Origin: Epiperipatus broadwayi
Taxonomy: Eukaryota > Animalia > Onychophora
NCBI GenBank assembly: GCA_028023455.1
Contig: JAQFVV010000001.1
Span: 7,378,001 to 7,442,000 of the forward strand
Direction: 5' to 3'
DNA: 64,000 nt
Made by a program: the position numbers and the translations under genes. Positions 61,761-64,000 of the stretch are shown here, in pieces. Below the pieces are notes generated by a model. It worked only from the letters and a program-made list of their open reading frames with translations. It ran no database searches and was not told the origin of the DNA. Position 1 is the first letter of the stretch. Each line of letters opens with the position of its first letter.

Positions 61761-64000
61761 TTAAATAAATATGGAAATTATATATATAGAAAATACACAA
61801 GCAATATAACAAAATTGTCAGAGTTGATAGCAACATGATTCCAAATAGAAATATTATATGGCATAAAATAAAAAACACTTAATATATTCAGATTCTTTTA
61901 TTTACACAGTAAATGTTTACAAATAAATTGTTTAAATATGATTATAAAATGCTAGTTATTACATATGTACATTTTTTTTAATGCTAAGAATACACTATCA
62001 TTCATTCTGTATTATACAAATAAATGAAATGTTTCTTTCCAACTTTGTTCAAATTGTTTTTCATCTTTACAAACAAATTATATATATTCCACAAATTCTT
62101 AAATACTATGTAGACAAAAAAATAAAAATTAGATTCCAAATTTTTTTTTAGTATCATATTTTCATACTGAACTTGATTTCATTAATATAATTAAAAAATA
62201 AAGCCCCAAACACTATTTCCTTTCAAAAAAAAAAAAAAATTTTTGTTCACTAAATCAAATCAACATTAGAAAAATAAAACATTAAAATTTCTCTTCCCAA
62301 TATTTATTATGGCTTTTTCTAAAGGTTTAAATAAATATAATCTTTCATATATATATAAAACTTTAATGTTTTTTTTTTTTTTGATTTAGTAAACAAATTA
62401 TAAAGTTTTTAAAGAAAATGGTGTTCAGAGTTTTACTTTTTAATTGTATAAATATAATATCTAATGCTTATATATATATAAGAAAAATATTGATATGCAC
62501 GCTGGTATCTATTGTTGATTTAATTTTATTTGTAAATAAAAATAATTATTTGAACAAAAATATAAAAGATAATTGGTATATGTTTTTTAAATCTAGAAAT
62601 TCTTGTTTACATGGTCATCTCTTTTAATCATCAAGCTAAAAATACTGACATATCTTTCCTATAAATCTATATCAAACCTTTCACGATTCTCTCTTTTCAC
62701 TTTTTCATTTAGTATATTATTCAAAACTTGAAATTTGAACAAAAATGGCTTCTTATCATCTTTTACCTAATGATACAATTACATTACTAATTGCTATCTA
62801 TTAGAACCAGACTCACACAATCATGTTCACCATAATATTTTATCTCTGTATTCACATCCTATTTACAGAGTCTGAGTAGTTTCAAATTTTTAATTTGATC
62901 CATGTATCTCTTGATGATTCATCTTAATTGTATCAATAATGTGATTTTTAGAATAGCAATTAAATTGCATAAAAATGACTGTTTTTGTAGGCATAATTTA
63001 TTTACCATTATATTGTAAGTTTAATTGTATCCAATATTTAATATTTTCATCATCATTTTTATTTACTTAATCTTTTTGAATTATTCAATGCCTCTTATTT
63101 GATTTCAAAGCAATTTATTTTCCTAAAAAACATTCTAGTGGTTTTAAGTCATTCATTACATACTTTCCTTTGTTTAGATAGTCTCATTCATTATATTCTA
63201 AGAAATTTCTCTTTATACATCTATCTACCATATATTTTTATCACTGCTTTCAATAACTGTTTTATTTATTTTTCAGTCATGTTTAACATCTTTTTCTGTA
63301 TTTATTTTATTTGATGAAAATCAAATAATTAACCTATTATTATTTTTAACTATCTTTCATATTCAACTAGAGATTCGTAAATAATGATAAAATAGTATTA
63401 CTTTTCATTCTGATCATATAGAGTATTATCCTTTTATCCAGATGCAGATATATGAACTGCTTTATTTTGATGAGAAAGAAAGAATGATGCATTTTTAAAT
63501 AACACTAGTATTCTAGAATATTGTTTTGACTTAAATTCTATAAACATATTGTTTGATATATCTAATTGGGTACTTGTCCAAGTCTTCATTGAATTCCATC
63601 ACATTGTTTTTTCATAAGCATAAGAATGCCTGATAATTTGATCCCATGAATTTTCTTAATTGCAATCAAGTATAAAAAAAAGATATGCAGCAATTAAAAT
63701 ACATAGTCAAAATATTGTTCTTTTATTTTAAATAATTGATTTGCACCAAATTATTGAATCATTAACTTAGTATCAATATAAAAAACAACAACATTCCAAT
63801 ATGAGAATAAACATTCAAACTTGGAGCATAATGAAAGAATGAATCCTTTTTTTCTTCCCTTTTTTTATAAAATGATTTAATTAAGTAAACAGATTTATAA
63901 TTATTTTCTATTATCTATAAACATATAAACTAAGCAATTTAAAAATAATATTATCCTTTCATATGTTTATTAAAAATAATTGGTAAGAGCTGAAATTTTG

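Noticed and set aside
62700-63700. Possible minus-strand LINE relic
   Set aside because: The motifs are too degraded to support a call.

Overview
AT-rich eukaryotic genomic DNA, probably arthropod (inferred from the transposon families and a TATA/Inr spacing). The + strand carries the 3' part of one intron-rich gene. Six exons (3213-4414, 32431-32542, 36338-36406, 38022-38147, 54474-54532, 60178-60364) splice in compatible phases into 585 codons including the stop. The product is a Pro/Ser-rich adaptor with PPxY and PxxxPR motifs and two C-terminal SH3 domains (SH3D19/Eve-1-like, tentative); its start lies upstream of the window. Nearly everything else recognisable is transposon sequence in the introns: a gag-only Gypsy-type LTR element with 1.7-kb LTRs (23092-28213), a 2.2-kb solo LTR with an antisense TATA/Inr (40617-42848), and a decayed full-length Mag-clade Gypsy (46519-51886) whose outer ends form a ~64-bp inverted repeat. 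There are also three hAT MITEs, a hAT transposase relic, a Merlin-type MITE, palindromic MITEs and several decayed LINE (mostly RTE-like) fragments. I see no rRNA, tRNA, CRISPR or prokaryotic system. The most unusual signals are in the LTR elements' end architecture. All alignments were done by eye and no database searches were run.
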